Source: Peptococcaceae bacterium UBA6096 (lineage in GTDB: Bacteria; Bacillota; Peptococcia; DRI-13; UBA5745). Taken from it: DNA of 64,000 nt. The stretch is taken from contig DIWW01000001.1 of NCBI GenBank assembly GCA_002435905.1, forward strand, positions 23,283 to 87,282. The letters are read 5' to 3'. Of the stretch, positions 18,845 to 29,377 are shown one piece after another; position 1 is the stretch's first letter; each line of letters starts with the position of its first letter. The notes under the pieces were generated by a model, which saw nothing but the letters and a program-made list of their open reading frames with translations, did not search any database and was not told the origin of the DNA. The translations under genes and the position numbers were made by a program.

Positions 18845-19723
18845 ATTCCATTTTTAGGAGTGGCCATGAGAAAATACACCATCGTAACCGAAAGCGGAGC
18901 CGATTTGCCGCAGGATTTAGCGGCGCTGCATCAAATTCATGTATTGCCCATGCATGTGGTCATGGATGACATTGACTATCAGGATGGTTCGATTCCGGTT
19001 ACCCAGGTGTATGACTACCATAAAAGGACCCAGAAGATACCCTCCACATCGGCTATCAATCCCGATGAATACAAGAGCCTGTTTCAAAAGATCTTTGCAG
19101 ATGATCCGGAGACCCGGATCCTTCATATCAGCTACACCTCCAAAGCCTCCTGTACCTATCAAAACGCGCTCATTGCATCAACCGGCATGAAGAACATAGA
19201 CCATATCGACTCTCTCAATGTTTCAGGCGGGGAAGCGGCCATCATCATGAAGGCCGTGGAGTTGATTGAAAAGGATCCGGATATCCAGCCGGATGAGCTC
19301 ATTGAAAAAATCAAGTATTTTGTTACCGTTGCCAGGGTTTCTTTCATCCCCGGCGACTTGGAATATCTTAAGGCTGGCGGCCGATTATCCAATGCGGCGT
19401 ATTTGGGCGCAATGATCCTACAGTTGAAGCCTTTGATCGAAATCGTTGACGGAAAGCTCATTGCTACCAAAAAGTATCGTGGCAGCATGGGCCATATCGC
19501 TGAAAAATACTTGAATGACTACTTTGAAAGATATTCTTTGGACAAAGAGCGGCTCTATTTGCTTTACTCCCTGGGGCTTGATGAAAACGTCAAGCAGCGG
19601 ATGGAAGGCCTTGCTAAAGAGAAGGGCATTAAAAAAGTTATATGGATCCAGACAGGCTGCGTGATATCGACCCATAGCGGCCCCGGTGCCATAGGGGCTG
19701 CAGGCTTTGAAATCGTAGAATAG
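18845..19723 (+). CDS. DegV family protein (second paralogue)
   Basis: IVTESGADL, STSAINP, LKAGGR and STHSGPG motifs. Confidence 0.9.
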   Translation: MPFLGVAMRKYTIVTESGADLPQDLAALHQIHVLPMHVVMDDIDYQDGSIPVTQVYDYHKRTQKIPSTSAINPDEYKSLFQKIFADDPETRILHISYTSKASCTYQNALIASTGMKNIDHIDSLNVSGGEAAIIMKAVELIEKDPDIQPDELIEKIKYFVTVARVSFIPGDLEYLKAGGRLSNAAYLGAMILQLKPLIEIVDGKLIATKKYRGSMGHIAEKYLNDYFERYSLDKERLYLLYSLGLDENVKQRMEGLAKEKGIKKVIWIQTGCVISTHSGPGAIGAAGFEIVE

Positions 19724-19767
19724 AAAACGTCCCGGACGCACAGGCGGACTGTCCGGGACGTTTTTCC
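19724..19767. terminator. Bidirectional terminator
   Basis: AAAACGTCCCGGAC...GTCCGGGACGTTTTT. Confidence 0.75.
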
Positions 19768-19961
19768 ATTATAAGATCAGGAATATTGTAGAAAAAAATG
19801 GAAAGCCGCAGCATCGATGTTCGCCACGTGCTGGGACAGGTCAATTTCGTTTTGTTCGTCAATCCAAAGGACTGTGAACTGCAGGCCTATGCTGAAGTTT
19901 TGAAACAATTCATCAAAAGTGATATAATTCAGTAAACTCTAGAAAAGCTGTGGTGAAATAT

Positions 19962-21089
19962 ATGGAATTAAAAGATCTCCAGACACCCTGCTGGCTCGTG
20001 GATCAGCACCGGCTGCAGGAAAATATCGAAGAATTCCAAAGGGTTGCAGAAAAACATAAAAAACAGCTCTGGCCTATGATCAAAACCCATAAATGCAGCA
20101 CCATTGCACGGCTGCAAAAAGCGGCCGGCGCCCAGGGGTTTCTGGCCGGAACCCTCCAGGAATGCCAGGTGTTGCTGGAACAAGAGCTTGGGCCAGTGAT
20201 GTTTGCCTATCCGGTGGCCGGAGAACCTAATTTGCGTCGTGTTTTGGAAATCGGCCGAATGGGCCGTCTGATCCTTAGCGTAGACGGCGAGGCCAACGTT
20301 CGGATGCTCAGTGAAGCTTGGCAGAGCCAAAAGAAGGACACGTCCAATCTTCCTGAACAGGAAGTTTTGATGATCATCGACAGCGGCTTGCACCGGTTTG
20401 GGATCCAGCCGGAGTTGGCGGGTTCCTTGGGACGCTATATTGACCAGATGCAGGGCTTAAAGCTGATCGGTATCAGCACCCATCCCGGACAGGTTTACGG
20501 TGCCAAAAACTGCTTCGAGGTGCTTCAGACGGCGATGGATGAAGCCGCTGCCATGAAGACGGCCATCGCCAGCTTAAAAAGAGCCGGATTGGCTGTTGCC
20601 TTCGTCGCCACCGGGAGTACACCGACCTTTACTGCGGATGCCGAAGAAGACGTCATCAATATCCTGCGGCCGGGCAATTACGTCTTTTTTGATCAGGATC
20701 AAATCAGGCTTATGGAAATCCCCGAGTCCCAATGTGCATTGACAGTATTGGCAACCGTCATCGCCAAGCCTTCCCTGGACCGGATGCTGATCGACGCAGG
20801 CAGCAAATGTCTGGCTTTGGATCAGGGCGCCCATGGTATCGCAGCCGTTTCCGATTACGGCAGGATCATCGGGCATCCGGAACTCAAACTGGAAAAGCTT
20901 TCAGAGGAAGTCGGCAAAATCATCATTACCGGCAGCACCACGGTCAAGGTCGGGGATCAACTGAGGATCATCCCCAATCATGCCTGCCCGGTGGCGAATT
21001 TGTCAGACAGGCTTTTGCTGGTACGGGATGGCCGGGTCACCGGGGCCTGGTCGGTGGATATGAAAATGAAAAGCAACCATAGTCTATAG
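19962..21089 (+). CDS. PLP-dependent fold-type III enzyme (D-serine dehydratase / D-threonine aldolase family)
   Basis: PMIKTHKC PLP lysine, DSGLHRFG, THPGQ, GSTPT, RPGNYVF, DAGSKCL, PNHACP. Confidence 0.85.
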   Translation: MELKDLQTPCWLVDQHRLQENIEEFQRVAEKHKKQLWPMIKTHKCSTIARLQKAAGAQGFLAGTLQECQVLLEQELGPVMFAYPVAGEPNLRRVLEIGRMGRLILSVDGEANVRMLSEAWQSQKKDTSNLPEQEVLMIIDSGLHRFGIQPELAGSLGRYIDQMQGLKLIGISTHPGQVYGAKNCFEVLQTAMDEAAAMKTAIASLKRAGLAVAFVATGSTPTFTADAEEDVINILRPGNYVFFDQDQIRLMEIPESQCALTVLATVIAKPSLDRMLIDAGSKCLALDQGAHGIAAVSDYGRIIGHPELKLEKLSEEVGKIIITGSTTVKVGDQLRIIPNHACPVANLSDRLLLVRDGRVTGAWSVDMKMKSNHSL

Positions 21090-21094
21090 TAGAA

Positions 21095-21137
21095 CAGAAA
21101 AGACTGTATGGACGGATGTTCCATACAGTCTTTGTTA
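21095..21137. terminator. Bidirectional terminator between convergent genes
   Basis: AAAAGACTGTATGGA...TCCATACAGTCTTT. Confidence 0.75.
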
Positions 21138-21167
21138 TGTATGCGGATCGTTGGTTTGGCCGCAGCC

Positions 21168-23288
21168 CTATACGCTGAATAAAAGATCCCCATAGGTGGG
21201 CATGGGCCAGAAATCTTTTGCGACAATTACTTCCAAGCGGTCAACCGGGGCACGGAGAGCTTCCATGGCCGGAACGATCTTTTTGCGATAGGCCTGGGCC
21301 TGAGAGAGGGGTTCTTTGATGACGGAAATGATTTGCAGGGTCTGGTCCAGGGATTCGATGGCTTTGGATAGACAGGCTGTGTCCTGGGAAAGCTTCTTCA
21401 GCAAAGTTTCTTCTGCGGATACATCCAGATTCAAGGCACAAGCCCGTTTGTTGAGCAGGGCTTTGCTCACATGGTCGCCAAAATGGATCACAGCAGGAAG
21501 GATTTCCTGTCGGGCCATATCCAGCATCGTCAGGGCTTCTACATGGATGATTTTTGAATACCCCTCGATCAGGGTCTCCACCCGGGATTTTAGCTCCTGA
21601 CCGGTGAAGATTTTATGCTTTGTAAAAAGCTCTAAATTTTTGGAATCGATAAAATGCGGCAGCGCGTCGATGGCGGAGGGATAGTTGGGCAGACCTCGGC
21701 TGGCGGCTTCCTCCACCCAGGCCTGGGAATAGTTGTTGCCATTGAAGAGGATGCGTTTATGCTTTTTAAAGGAATTTCGGATCAAGTCGTTGAGGGCTGT
21801 GGTAAAATCATCGGCGGCTTCCAGCTCGTCGGCGAATTGTTCTAAAGCCTCAGCCACGATCGTATTAATAATAAAATTAATTCCGGCAATGGAAGAGCCG
21901 GAGCCGGTCATACGGAACTCGAACTTATTGCCGGTAAAGGCAATAGGGGAGGTGCGGTTCCGGTCTGTGGTATCTTTAGGCAGCTTGGGAATGGAGGTGA
22001 CCCCGATTTCCAGGAAGCTGCCGGCAGTGGCTTTATTGGGTTTCCCGGTTTCGATGGCCTCAAAGATCCCGGTCAGTTCATCGCCCAGGAAAATGGAGAC
22101 AATGGCTGGCGGCGCTTCATAACCGCCCAAACGATGATCATTGCCGGCTGTGGAAACGGCGACACGCATCAAATCGCTGTATTCATCCACCGCCTTCACC
22201 AGGGCACAGACAAACAGCAGAAATTGTGCATTTTCCGAGGGTGAGTCCCCCGGTTCCAACAGATTGAAGCCGTCGTTGGTGGAAAGGGACCAGTTGTTGT
22301 GCTTGCCGGACCCGTTGATGCCGGCAAAAGGCTTTTCGTGGAGCAGACAGGCCATCTGATGACGGATGGCCACTTTTTTCATCATTTCCATGGTCAGCTG
22401 GTTATGGTCCGTGGCAATATTGGTATTGGCGAAAATAGGGGCCAGTTCATGCTGGGACGGCGCGACTTCGTTGTGCTCTGTTTTGGCGGAGATCCCCAGC
22501 TTCCAGAGTTCCTCATCCAGCTCCTGCATGAAGGCGGCCACCCGGGGCTTCAGGATGCCGAAGTAATGATCTTCCAATTCCTGGCCTTTGGGAGGCTTGA
22601 CGCCGAAAAGCGTCCGGCCGGTAATTTTGAGATCCTTGCGTTGATTGAAGAGGGCAAGATCGATCAAGAAATATTCCTGCTCGGGCCCCACCGTGGTATG
22701 GACATGGGTGGAGTCGGTGTTTCCAAAAAGCCCCAGGATCCGCAGGGCCTGTCGGTTGATGGCCTCCATGGAACGCAGCAGGGGTGTTTTTTTGTCCAAG
22801 GTCTCTCCGCCGTAGGTGCAAAAGGCCGTGGGGATACAGAGGGTCTTGTCTTTCACAAAAGCGAAAGAGGTGGGATCCCAGGCAGTGTAGCCTCGGGCCT
22901 CAAAGGTGCTGCGCAGTCCGCCGGAAGGAAAGGAGGAGGCATCCGGTTCGCCCTTGATCAGGGACTTGCCGGAAAATTCCATAACCACCTTGCCGGCAAC
23001 GGTAGGGGAAATAAAAGCGTCGTGTTTTTCGGCGGTGATGCCGGTCATGGGCTGAAACCAATGGGTATAATGGGTGGCGCCTTTCTCCAGCGCCCAATCC
23101 TTCATGGCATTGGCCACCACATCGGCCACATCTTCGCCTAAGGGGAGCCCTTCTTCCATGGTCTTTTTGAGAGACAGGAAGATATGCTTGGGCAAGCGTT
23201 CCTGCATGACGACTTCATTAAAGACATTGGAGCCAAACAGGGCGGAAATATCTTTGTTCACAGCACGCTCCATGGTGGTTTCCTCCAT
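21168..23288 (-). CDS. glnA: Glutamine synthetase type III
   Basis: 706 aa with [41 protein letters not shown] and DRNRTSP. Confidence 0.95.
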   Translation of the reverse strand: MEETTMERAVNKDISALFGSNVFNEVVMQERLPKHIFLSLKKTMEEGLPLGEDVADVVANAMKDWALEKGATHYTHWFQPMTGITAEKHDAFISPTVAGKVVMEFSGKSLIKGEPDASSFPSGGLRSTFEARGYTAWDPTSFAFVKDKTLCIPTAFCTYGGETLDKKTPLLRSMEAINRQALRILGLFGNTDSTHVHTTVGPEQEYFLIDLALFNQRKDLKITGRTLFGVKPPKGQELEDHYFGILKPRVAAFMQELDEELWKLGISAKTEHNEVAPSQHELAPIFANTNIATDHNQLTMEMMKKVAIRHQMACLLHEKPFAGINGSGKHNNWSLSTNDGFNLLEPGDSPSENAQFLLFVCALVKAVDEYSDLMRVAVSTAGNDHRLGGYEAPPAIVSIFLGDELTGIFEAIETGKPNKATAGSFLEIGVTSIPKLPKDTTDRNRTSPIAFTGNKFEFRMTGSGSSIAGINFIINTIVAEALEQFADELEAADDFTTALNDLIRNSFKKHKRILFNGNNYSQAWVEEAASRGLPNYPSAIDALPHFIDSKNLELFTKHKIFTGQELKSRVETLIEGYSKIIHVEALTMLDMARQEILPAVIHFGDHVSKALLNKRACALNLDVSAEETLLKKLSQDTACLSKAIESLDQTLQIISVIKEPLSQAQAYRKKIVPAMEALRAPVDRLEVIVAKDFWPMPTYGDLLFSV

Positions 23289-23402
23289 TCAAATCGTATG
23301 GTGGGGTATCGGCATAATTTCATGAATAAAACTATAAATAACAGATAATTTATTGTATCATATTACCTAAGTCCAGACAAATTCGAAAAAAGGGGAAACC
23401 AA

Positions 23403-23834
23403 ATGAATATGATCAAGATAATGAAAATCGATCCGGATGCGATCCTGCCGAGCAAAGCCCACCCGACGGATGCCGGCTATGATTTATATGCCGTCCAGAC
23501 GCTGACGATCCAGCCGGGGGAAAGCGCCCTGGTGGGCACCGGGATCGCCATGGCCCTGCCGACCGCAACAGAAGCCCAGGTGCGGCCCCGCAGCGGCATC
23601 GCGCTGAAGCATCAGGTCACCGTATTGAATGCGCCTGGAACCATCGATGCGGATTATCGTGGTGAGGTGAAGGTGATCCTGATCAACCATGGTCGGGTGT
23701 CTTTTCAAATCGAAAAGGGCATGAAGATCGCTCAAATGGTGATCGCCCCAGTTCTGGCCACTCAGCTCTCTGAGGCATCCAGCCTTGATGACACGCAGCG
23801 GGGTGAAGGCGGCTTTGGCTCCAGCGGCATGTAG
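23403..23834 (+). CDS. dut: Trimeric dUTP diphosphatase
   Basis: AGYDL, RPRSGIA, GTIDADYRGE, IAQ and RGEGGFGSSG motifs. Confidence 0.95.
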   Translation: MNMIKIMKIDPDAILPSKAHPTDAGYDLYAVQTLTIQPGESALVGTGIAMALPTATEAQVRPRSGIALKHQVTVLNAPGTIDADYRGEVKVILINHGRVSFQIEKGMKIAQMVIAPVLATQLSEASSLDDTQRGEGGFGSSGM

Positions 23835-23880
23835 CGGCTGAAGCCAAAGTGCGGATGGTCGGAAGGGTTCCGGCCATTTT

Positions 23881-24501
23881 TTATTTTGCGTTGGAGGTTA
23901 TGTAATCCTGCCTGAGGATGGCTTCGTCCAAAGCGAACATGATGTGCCCTGTTTCGTAAGGAGCCCCCTCAACACTGACATAGATTCTTTCGATTTCGGG
24001 TATGTTTTCGAAATAGGCCCAAAACAGATTTTCCATCAAAGCCGCTTCCGTGCCGCTGCCGTAATTTCCATAGATGCTTCGTGTAAAATCAAGATGCAGA
24101 TCACCGTTTTCAAGGGTAATAGCCTTTGCGGCAATGGCCTCACCGCCTAGCACAGGAAGCTTAAAGGCCGCATTATAAGCATCCAGAATTGTGCCCAGTG
24201 TTGTGACGGTATTGGCAGGGATCTCATAAGTGTAGGATTCCATCTTGTCGGCTTCGGTGTTGTAGCCCTTCAAGGCAATGAGGGTGCCGCTGAAGTCATA
24301 GACCGGAAAGGGGCTCGTTTCCGGAACGGTTGCCACGGTGGTTTCACTGCCGCCGGAGGGGGCTGTTTGCGTTGGCGGCGTCTCTTGACCAGAGGACGTT
24401 TCGGCGCTTTTGGCTCCGCAACCAGCTAAGGATCCGAGAAGCAGGAGACTGCTTAAGGCGAAAATCAAAAAGTTCTGATGGATGGACGATCGTTGATTCA
24501 T
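23881..24501 (-). CDS. Lipoprotein with C-terminal GerMN-like domain
   Basis: Start ATG at 24501 after GGAGG; lipobox LAGC; LHLDF...GSGTE...IPEIERIYVSVEG GerMN pattern. The longer ORF-track start overlaps ppa. Confidence 0.7.
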   Translation of the reverse strand: MNQRSSIHQNFLIFALSSLLLLGSLAGCGAKSAETSSGQETPPTQTAPSGGSETTVATVPETSPFPVYDFSGTLIALKGYNTEADKMESYTYEIPANTVTTLGTILDAYNAAFKLPVLGGEAIAAKAITLENGDLHLDFTRSIYGNYGSGTEAALMENLFWAYFENIPEIERIYVSVEGAPYETGHIMFALDEAILRQDYITSNAK

Positions 24502-24520
24502 AAGAATCCCTCCAAGATGC

Positions 24521-25051
24521 TTACCTGCAGAATTTTTCAATGTATGTGTCGATGGATTTTTGGACGATCCGGATCGCCGCATCGGCGCCCTGGACTTCAT
24601 CGATGGCCGTTTCCTTTTCTTCCAAAGCCTTATAAACCTTAAAGAAATGGGACATTTCATTGAAGATGTGCTTGGGCAGCTGGCTGATGTCCGTATACGT
24701 ATTGTAAACGGGATCCTTAAAAGGGATGGCAATGATTTTTTCATCGGAAAAGCCGCTGTCCATCATGGTAATGACGCCGATGGGATAGCAGTGCACCAGT
24801 GCCAAAGGATGGATCGCTTCAGAGCATAGGACCAGGACATCCAGCGGATCCAGATCATCGGCATAGGTACGGGGGATAAAACCATAGTTTGCCGGGTAGT
24901 GGGTGGAGGTATAAAGGATTCGGTCAAGGACAATGAAGCCTGTTTCCTTGTCCAATTCGTACTTGGTCTTGTCGCCCTTGGTGATTTCGATCACAGCAAA
25001 AAAATCGTTGGCTGCGATGCGCTTTGGAGAAAAATCGTGCCATATATTCAT
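24521..25051 (-). CDS. ppa: Soluble inorganic pyrophosphatase (family I)
   Basis: KYELDK, DR.L...HYPANYGFIPRT, DDLDPLD, DEKII, FFKVYK. Confidence 0.95.
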   Translation of the reverse strand: MNIWHDFSPKRIAANDFFAVIEITKGDKTKYELDKETGFIVLDRILYTSTHYPANYGFIPRTYADDLDPLDVLVLCSEAIHPLALVHCYPIGVITMMDSGFSDEKIIAIPFKDPVYNTYTDISQLPKHIFNEMSHFFKVYKALEEKETAIDEVQGADAAIRIVQKSIDTYIEKFCR

Positions 25052-25185
25052 GGGCTGCCTCCTTGGTCAGAATGGGTCGATTACAATATTCATCATACCA
25101 CTGGGCTGCTTCAAAGAAAAGAAAAACCGCTTCCATTGAAAGGAAGCGGCTTTTGGATTTGCATAGGTTCGATTCGTTGATCGGT

Positions 25186-26043
25186 TTAGAAAAGAGGTAT
25201 CACGGAACCTTTATAAGTATCCTCGATAAACTTTTTGCAGGTTTCGCTGGTGAGAGCCTCCACCAGCGCTTTGATGTTCTCGTTGGACTCTTCACCGGTG
25301 CGGACAGCCAGGATGTTGCCGAAGGTCTGAGCGGCAATGGAATCTTTATCTTCTGTCATCAAGGCATCGGCAGCCGTCAGTTCAGCCAGAAGGGCGTAGT
25401 TGCCGTTGATGACGCCGAAGGCTACGTCGGGCAAGGCACGGCTGACTTGGGCGGCTTCCAGTTCTTGGATTTTGATGTTTTTGGGATTTTCGGTGATGTC
25501 CAGGATCGTCGCCTGCAATCCGGCATCTTCACGAACTTTGATCAGACCGGCTTGTTCCAGCAGCAGCAGCGCGCGGGCTTCGTTGGTGGCATCGTTGGGA
25601 ACTGCGATGGTGGCGCCATCCTGGATCTCTTCAAGGGTCTTGAGCTGGCCGGGATAGATGCCCATAGGCTCATAGTGTACGGCCACGGCGGAGCTCAGCT
25701 TGGTGCCGTTTTTCGCGTTGAAGTCCTCCAGGTAAGGAAGGTGCTGGAAGTAGTTGGCATCCAGTTCTTTATTTTCCAAGGCGGTGTTGGGAAGAACATA
25801 ATCGTCGAATTCAACGACTTCCAGGGTAATGTTCTTCTCAGCCAGGAGGGGTTTGATGGCGTTGAGGATCTCAGCATGGGGCGTGGGAGATGCTCCGACC
25901 TTGAGGGTGACGGCTGCAGGTTTGGTGTTTTCAGCCGCAGCTGGGGTGCTGCCGGAGTTTGCCGTATTGCCGCAGCCCATGAGTCCGAGGCTCAATAAGG
26001 CAATCAAAGTCAAGGCAACCAGGATTTTCAGTTGTTTTTTCAC
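25186..26043 (-). CDS. metQ: Methionine ABC transporter substrate-binding lipoprotein
   Basis: Lipobox LMGC, VGASPTPH, DANYFQH, PNDATNEARAL; GTG start after AGGAG. Confidence 0.92.
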   Translation of the reverse strand: MKKQLKILVALTLIALLSLGLMGCGNTANSGSTPAAAENTKPAAVTLKVGASPTPHAEILNAIKPLLAEKNITLEVVEFDDYVLPNTALENKELDANYFQHLPYLEDFNAKNGTKLSSAVAVHYEPMGIYPGQLKTLEEIQDGATIAVPNDATNEARALLLLEQAGLIKVREDAGLQATILDITENPKNIKIQELEAAQVSRALPDVAFGVINGNYALLAELTAADALMTEDKDSIAAQTFGNILAVRTGEESNENIKALVEALTSETCKKFIEDTYKGSVIPLF

Positions 26044-26140
26044 AATGGACACTCCTTTTGTATTACCGGATCTCACGGTATATTTGGTTTTGAATTTATC
26101 TAATCTCCCATGGGAGACCGATACAGATTTGACTTGCAGC

Positions 26141-26809
26141 TCAGCGGCTGCGTTTGTCCAGCTTTCTGGAAATCAGGGAGCCTGCGGATTGCAGGATCTG
26201 CACCAAAATGATCAGCAGAACGATGGTCATGATCATCACATCGGTTTGGTAACGGTGATAACCATAGCGGATGGCAAGATTGCCCAAACCGCCGCCTCCC
26301 ACCGCACCGGCCATGGCCGAATAACCAACCAAGGTGATGGCGGTGATAGAAACACCCAAGGTGATGGAAGGAATGGATTCCGGCAGCATCACTTTGGTGA
26401 TGATCTGCCAGGGGCTGGCGCCCATGGCTTGGGCTGCCTCGATCACGCCTTTATCTAACTCGCTGATGGAGGTTTCCACCAAGCGGGCCACAAAGGGGGT
26501 TGCTGCAATGACCAGCGGCACGATGGTGGCGTTGGTGCCAATGCTGGTGCCCACCACAAACCGGGTGAAGGGGATGATGGCAATCAATAAAATAATGAAA
26601 GGGATGGAGCGGCCGATGTTGACGACCCACTGTAAAACCCGATTTAACCTGGGCATGGGCAGAACACCGTTGGCATCCGTCGCCACCACCAGGAGGCCCA
26701 TGGGCAACCCCAGCGCATAGGCGAAAAGGGTCGAGGCCAAGGTCATATAGATGGTTTCCAGAGAGCCCTGGATCAGAAGCGGCAGATAGGTTTGGAAGGA
26801 ATTCAGCAT
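26141..26809 (-). CDS. metI: Methionine ABC transporter permease
   Basis: NIGRSIPFIIL, EAA motif (IEAAQAMGAS), GGGGLG.LA.RYGY. Confidence 0.92.
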   Translation of the reverse strand: MLNSFQTYLPLLIQGSLETIYMTLASTLFAYALGLPMGLLVVATDANGVLPMPRLNRVLQWVVNIGRSIPFIILLIAIIPFTRFVVGTSIGTNATIVPLVIAATPFVARLVETSISELDKGVIEAAQAMGASPWQIITKVMLPESIPSITLGVSITAITLVGYSAMAGAVGGGGLGNLAIRYGYHRYQTDVMIMTIVLLIILVQILQSAGSLISRKLDKRSR

Positions 26810-27561
26810 GGTCGGACCACCCCCTCAAAAGCAACCAGATCCCGGGTAATGTCAACGGAAGGATTGGAGAGGATCTCCGAGGTCAGTCCTTGCTCCACGA
26901 TGTGGGAGCTGTCGATGACCGCGGTTTTATTGCATAGGTTGCGGACCACGCTGATTTCATGGGTAATAACGACCATGGTCACGCCAAGAAGTTGGTTGAG
27001 ATTCTTAAGCAATTCAAGGATCGAGCGGGTGGTCAGACTGTCCAGAGCGGAGGTGGCTTCATCACAAAGCAATACCTTGGGATGGGTCACCAGAGCCCGG
27101 GCTATGGCCACGCGCTGCTTTTGGCCGCCTGAAAGCTGGGAAGGGTAGGCACCCGCTTTATCCTGCAAGCCGACCAGCTCAAGCATTTCCAGGCAGCGCC
27201 GCCGGATCTCCTCTTTGGGCGTGCCGCTCAGCTCCAGAGGGAATGCCACATTGTCCAGGACCGTGCGCTGCATCAGGAGATTGAAGCCCTGAAAAATCAT
27301 GCCGATCTGCTTGCGGGCATCCCGCAGCTGAGCGTCTGTCAGGGTGGTCATTTCCTGGCCATCCACCCGCATGCTGCCGCTGGTGGGCTTTTCCAAGAGA
27401 TTCATGCAGCGGATCAGGGTGCTCTTGCCGGCACCGCTCATGCCGATGATGCCAAAGATATCCCCTTGGTCAATGGTGAGGTTGATGTCCTCCAAGGCCT
27501 GAATCTTGTGAAGATCCCCCTGATATTCTTTGTATAGATGCGAGATTTCGATCATGTTCAT
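26803..27561 (-). CDS. metN: Methionine ABC transporter ATPase (short form, no C-terminal NIL domain)
   Basis: Walker A GMSGAGKST, LSGGQKQRVAIARAL, CDEATSALD; only 252 aa. Confidence 0.88.
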   Translation of the reverse strand: MNMIEISHLYKEYQGDLHKIQALEDINLTIDQGDIFGIIGMSGAGKSTLIRCMNLLEKPTSGSMRVDGQEMTTLTDAQLRDARKQIGMIFQGFNLLMQRTVLDNVAFPLELSGTPKEEIRRRCLEMLELVGLQDKAGAYPSQLSGGQKQRVAIARALVTHPKVLLCDEATSALDSLTTRSILELLKNLNQLLGVTMVVITHEISVVRNLCNKTAVIDSSHIVEQGLTSEILSNPSVDITRDLVAFEGVVRPC

Positions 27562-27772
27562 CTTCCTTAGTATGGTATAATCAGGAATATAGAATTAGAT
27601 AATCTGGTTATCGAAAAAAACGATAACCGGCTATCAAAAAATGCTAGAACTTATTTTATCACAATATTTCCTTATGTGAAGGGTTTTCTTTGAGAAATTC
27701 ATAAAAAAGTGTAGACGTGGGGAAGACACGTCTACGAAATAAAACACCGAAATCGTTATAGGAGGCAGCAGA

Positions 27773-29377
27773 ATGATCGAGCAAAAAGGAACCATCAGCG
27801 GATACAGCCACCAGGGGGCCGGCGTGGTCCGGGGGGAGGCGCAGGTTTGTTTTATACCCGGTACTCTGCAGGGAGAAACCGTGCTCTTTGAAATCGAAGA
27901 GGCGCACGAAAAAAAGACGCCCTACAGAGGGCAAAGACAGCCTAAAAAAGGCAGTCAAAGCAAGGTGGTTTTTGGTGAATTAAAACAGCTGCTGACGGAA
28001 TCCGAGCATAGGGTCCAGCCGCGGTGCCCTTATTATGGGCTATGCGGCGGCTGCCAACTGCAGCACGCTTCCTATGAACATCAGCTGCAGATCAAAAAGG
28101 ACATCGTGGAGCGGGCCTTCCGGGGGCTGGGTCGGGAGGAAAGCGCAAAGGTGGAGATCCAGCCGGTCTTGGGCGCCCATGAGCCTTGGGGTTATCGCAA
28201 CAAAGGAATCTTTGCCGTGCAAAAGCAGGGAGAGAAGGTCAAGATCGGATTTTATCAGAGAAAAAGCAGGCTGGTTGCGGGAACAGGGTGTCCGGGCCTT
28301 TTTTCGGACCAGGCCAATGGTCTGATCCAAGCCATTGCGTATTGGCTGGAAGGCGCCGGAGCAGAGATTGGCGCTCAAGGCTTACATCACTTAATGATCC
28401 GGGAAAGCAAAACCACGGGCCAGCTGATCCTGGTCTTGATTGGCGCGGTTGACAAACCGGTGTGGCTGCCGGATTTCCTAAAAACATTCGTTCCCAAGGA
28501 TCCCAAGACACTGCCGCCCATGGCGCCGGTGCCCAAGCAGCTGCTGCAGGGCATTGGCTGGCTGACCGCGGACCTCAAAGAAGGTCCGGTGCTGGAAGGC
28601 AAGCCGGAAACCCTCTGGGGCAATCTGATTTTGGTGGAGCATTTGGGAAAAATCCGTTATGGCATTTCACCGGAATCTTTCTTTCAGGTGAACACAGCCC
28701 AGGCCAAGGTCCTCTTTGACCAGGTCTTGAAGATGGCGTCGCTTACCGGCAAGGAACGAGTCTGGGACCTGTACTGCGGCACCGGCTCCATTACCTTGTA
28801 TTTGGCAGCCAAAGCAAAATCCGTCCTGGGCATTGAATCTGTGTCGGCGGCTGTAAAAGATGGACAGACCAACGCCCGGCTCAACAAGCTAAGCAATGTG
28901 AAGTTTGTGACCGGCTTGGCGGAGGAACTGCTTCCGGAGATCATCCATCCCACAGTTACGGAAGCGAAAACAGAGGCAGCGCCTTTGGCCGAAAAAGTCG
29001 CCGATCGCTGGCAGAAAATGGCCCAGGCAGCCCAGGCGGTCGAAGCGGCTGAAGCGAAGGCTGAAATGGAACCCGAGGCACTCGCCGCCGAAGCAGCAAT
29101 CCTGGAGCAGAAACGTCGTGAGACGGCCAATTTGCCGGATGTGGTGGTGATGGATCCGCCCAGCAAAGGCTGCGAGCCGGCGGTGATCGATGCAGTATTG
29201 GAAGCCGCAACGGCGCGGATCGTTTATGTATCCTGCGATCCTGCCACCCTGGTGCGGGATTTAAAGCGAATTATCGCCGGGGGACACTACGAAATCGAGG
29301 CTGTGCAGCCTGTGGATATTTTTCCGCAGACAGGGCACGTTGAGACGGTAGTATTGATGTCAAGGGTTGAAAAATAG
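27773..29377 (+). CDS. rlmD: 23S rRNA (uracil-C5)-methyltransferase RlmD/RumA
   Basis: TRAM-like N-terminus, CPYYGLCGGCQLQH Fe-S motif, FFQVN, DLYCGTG, YVSCDP catalytic Cys, FPQTGHVE. Confidence 0.92.
   Translation: MIEQKGTISGYSHQGAGVVRGEAQVCFIPGTLQGETVLFEIEEAHEKKTPYRGQRQPKKGSQSKVVFGELKQLLTESEHRVQPRCPYYGLCGGCQLQHASYEHQLQIKKDIVERAFRGLGREESAKVEIQPVLGAHEPWGYRNKGIFAVQKQGEKVKIGFYQRKSRLVAGTGCPGLFSDQANGLIQAIAYWLEGAGAEIGAQGLHHLMIRESKTTGQLILVLIGAVDKPVWLPDFLKTFVPKDPKTLPPMAPVPKQLLQGIGWLTADLKEGPVLEGKPETLWGNLILVEHLGKIRYGISPESFFQVNTAQAKVLFDQVLKMASLTGKERVWDLYCGTGSITLYLAAKAKSVLGIESVSAAVKDGQTNARLNKLSNVKFVTGLAEELLPEIIHPTVTEAKTEAAPLAEKVADRWQKMAQAAQAVEAAEAKAEMEPEALAAEAAILEQKRRETANLPDVVVMDPPSKGCEPAVIDAVLEAATARIVYVSCDPATLVRDLKRIIAGGHYEIEAVQPVDIFPQTGHVETVVLMSRVEK

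Noticed and set aside
19887-19910. Rex-like operator TTTTGAA-ACAA-TTCATCA upstream of the PLP enzyme
   Set aside because: Too many mismatches in an AT-rich promoter context to support.
22299-23141. 280-aa plus-strand ORF
   Set aside because: Antisense shadow of glnA.
24502-24744. N-terminal extension of the GerMN lipoprotein given by the ORF track
   Set aside because: It overlaps ppa. The SD and signal peptide point to ATG 24501.
25024-25998. 324-aa plus-strand ORF
   Set aside because: Antisense shadow of metQ with no recognisable motifs; typical of GC-rich codon bias.
27562-27772. SAM (S-box) riboswitch or T-box upstream of metNIQ
   Set aside because: No AUCAAGAG/GGC..AACC core or T-box motif. 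Only two short inverted repeats of unclear role.
28946-29134. Intein in RlmD
   Set aside because: No N-terminal Cys/Ser block or C-terminal His-Asn followed by Cys/Ser/Thr, and it is too short.
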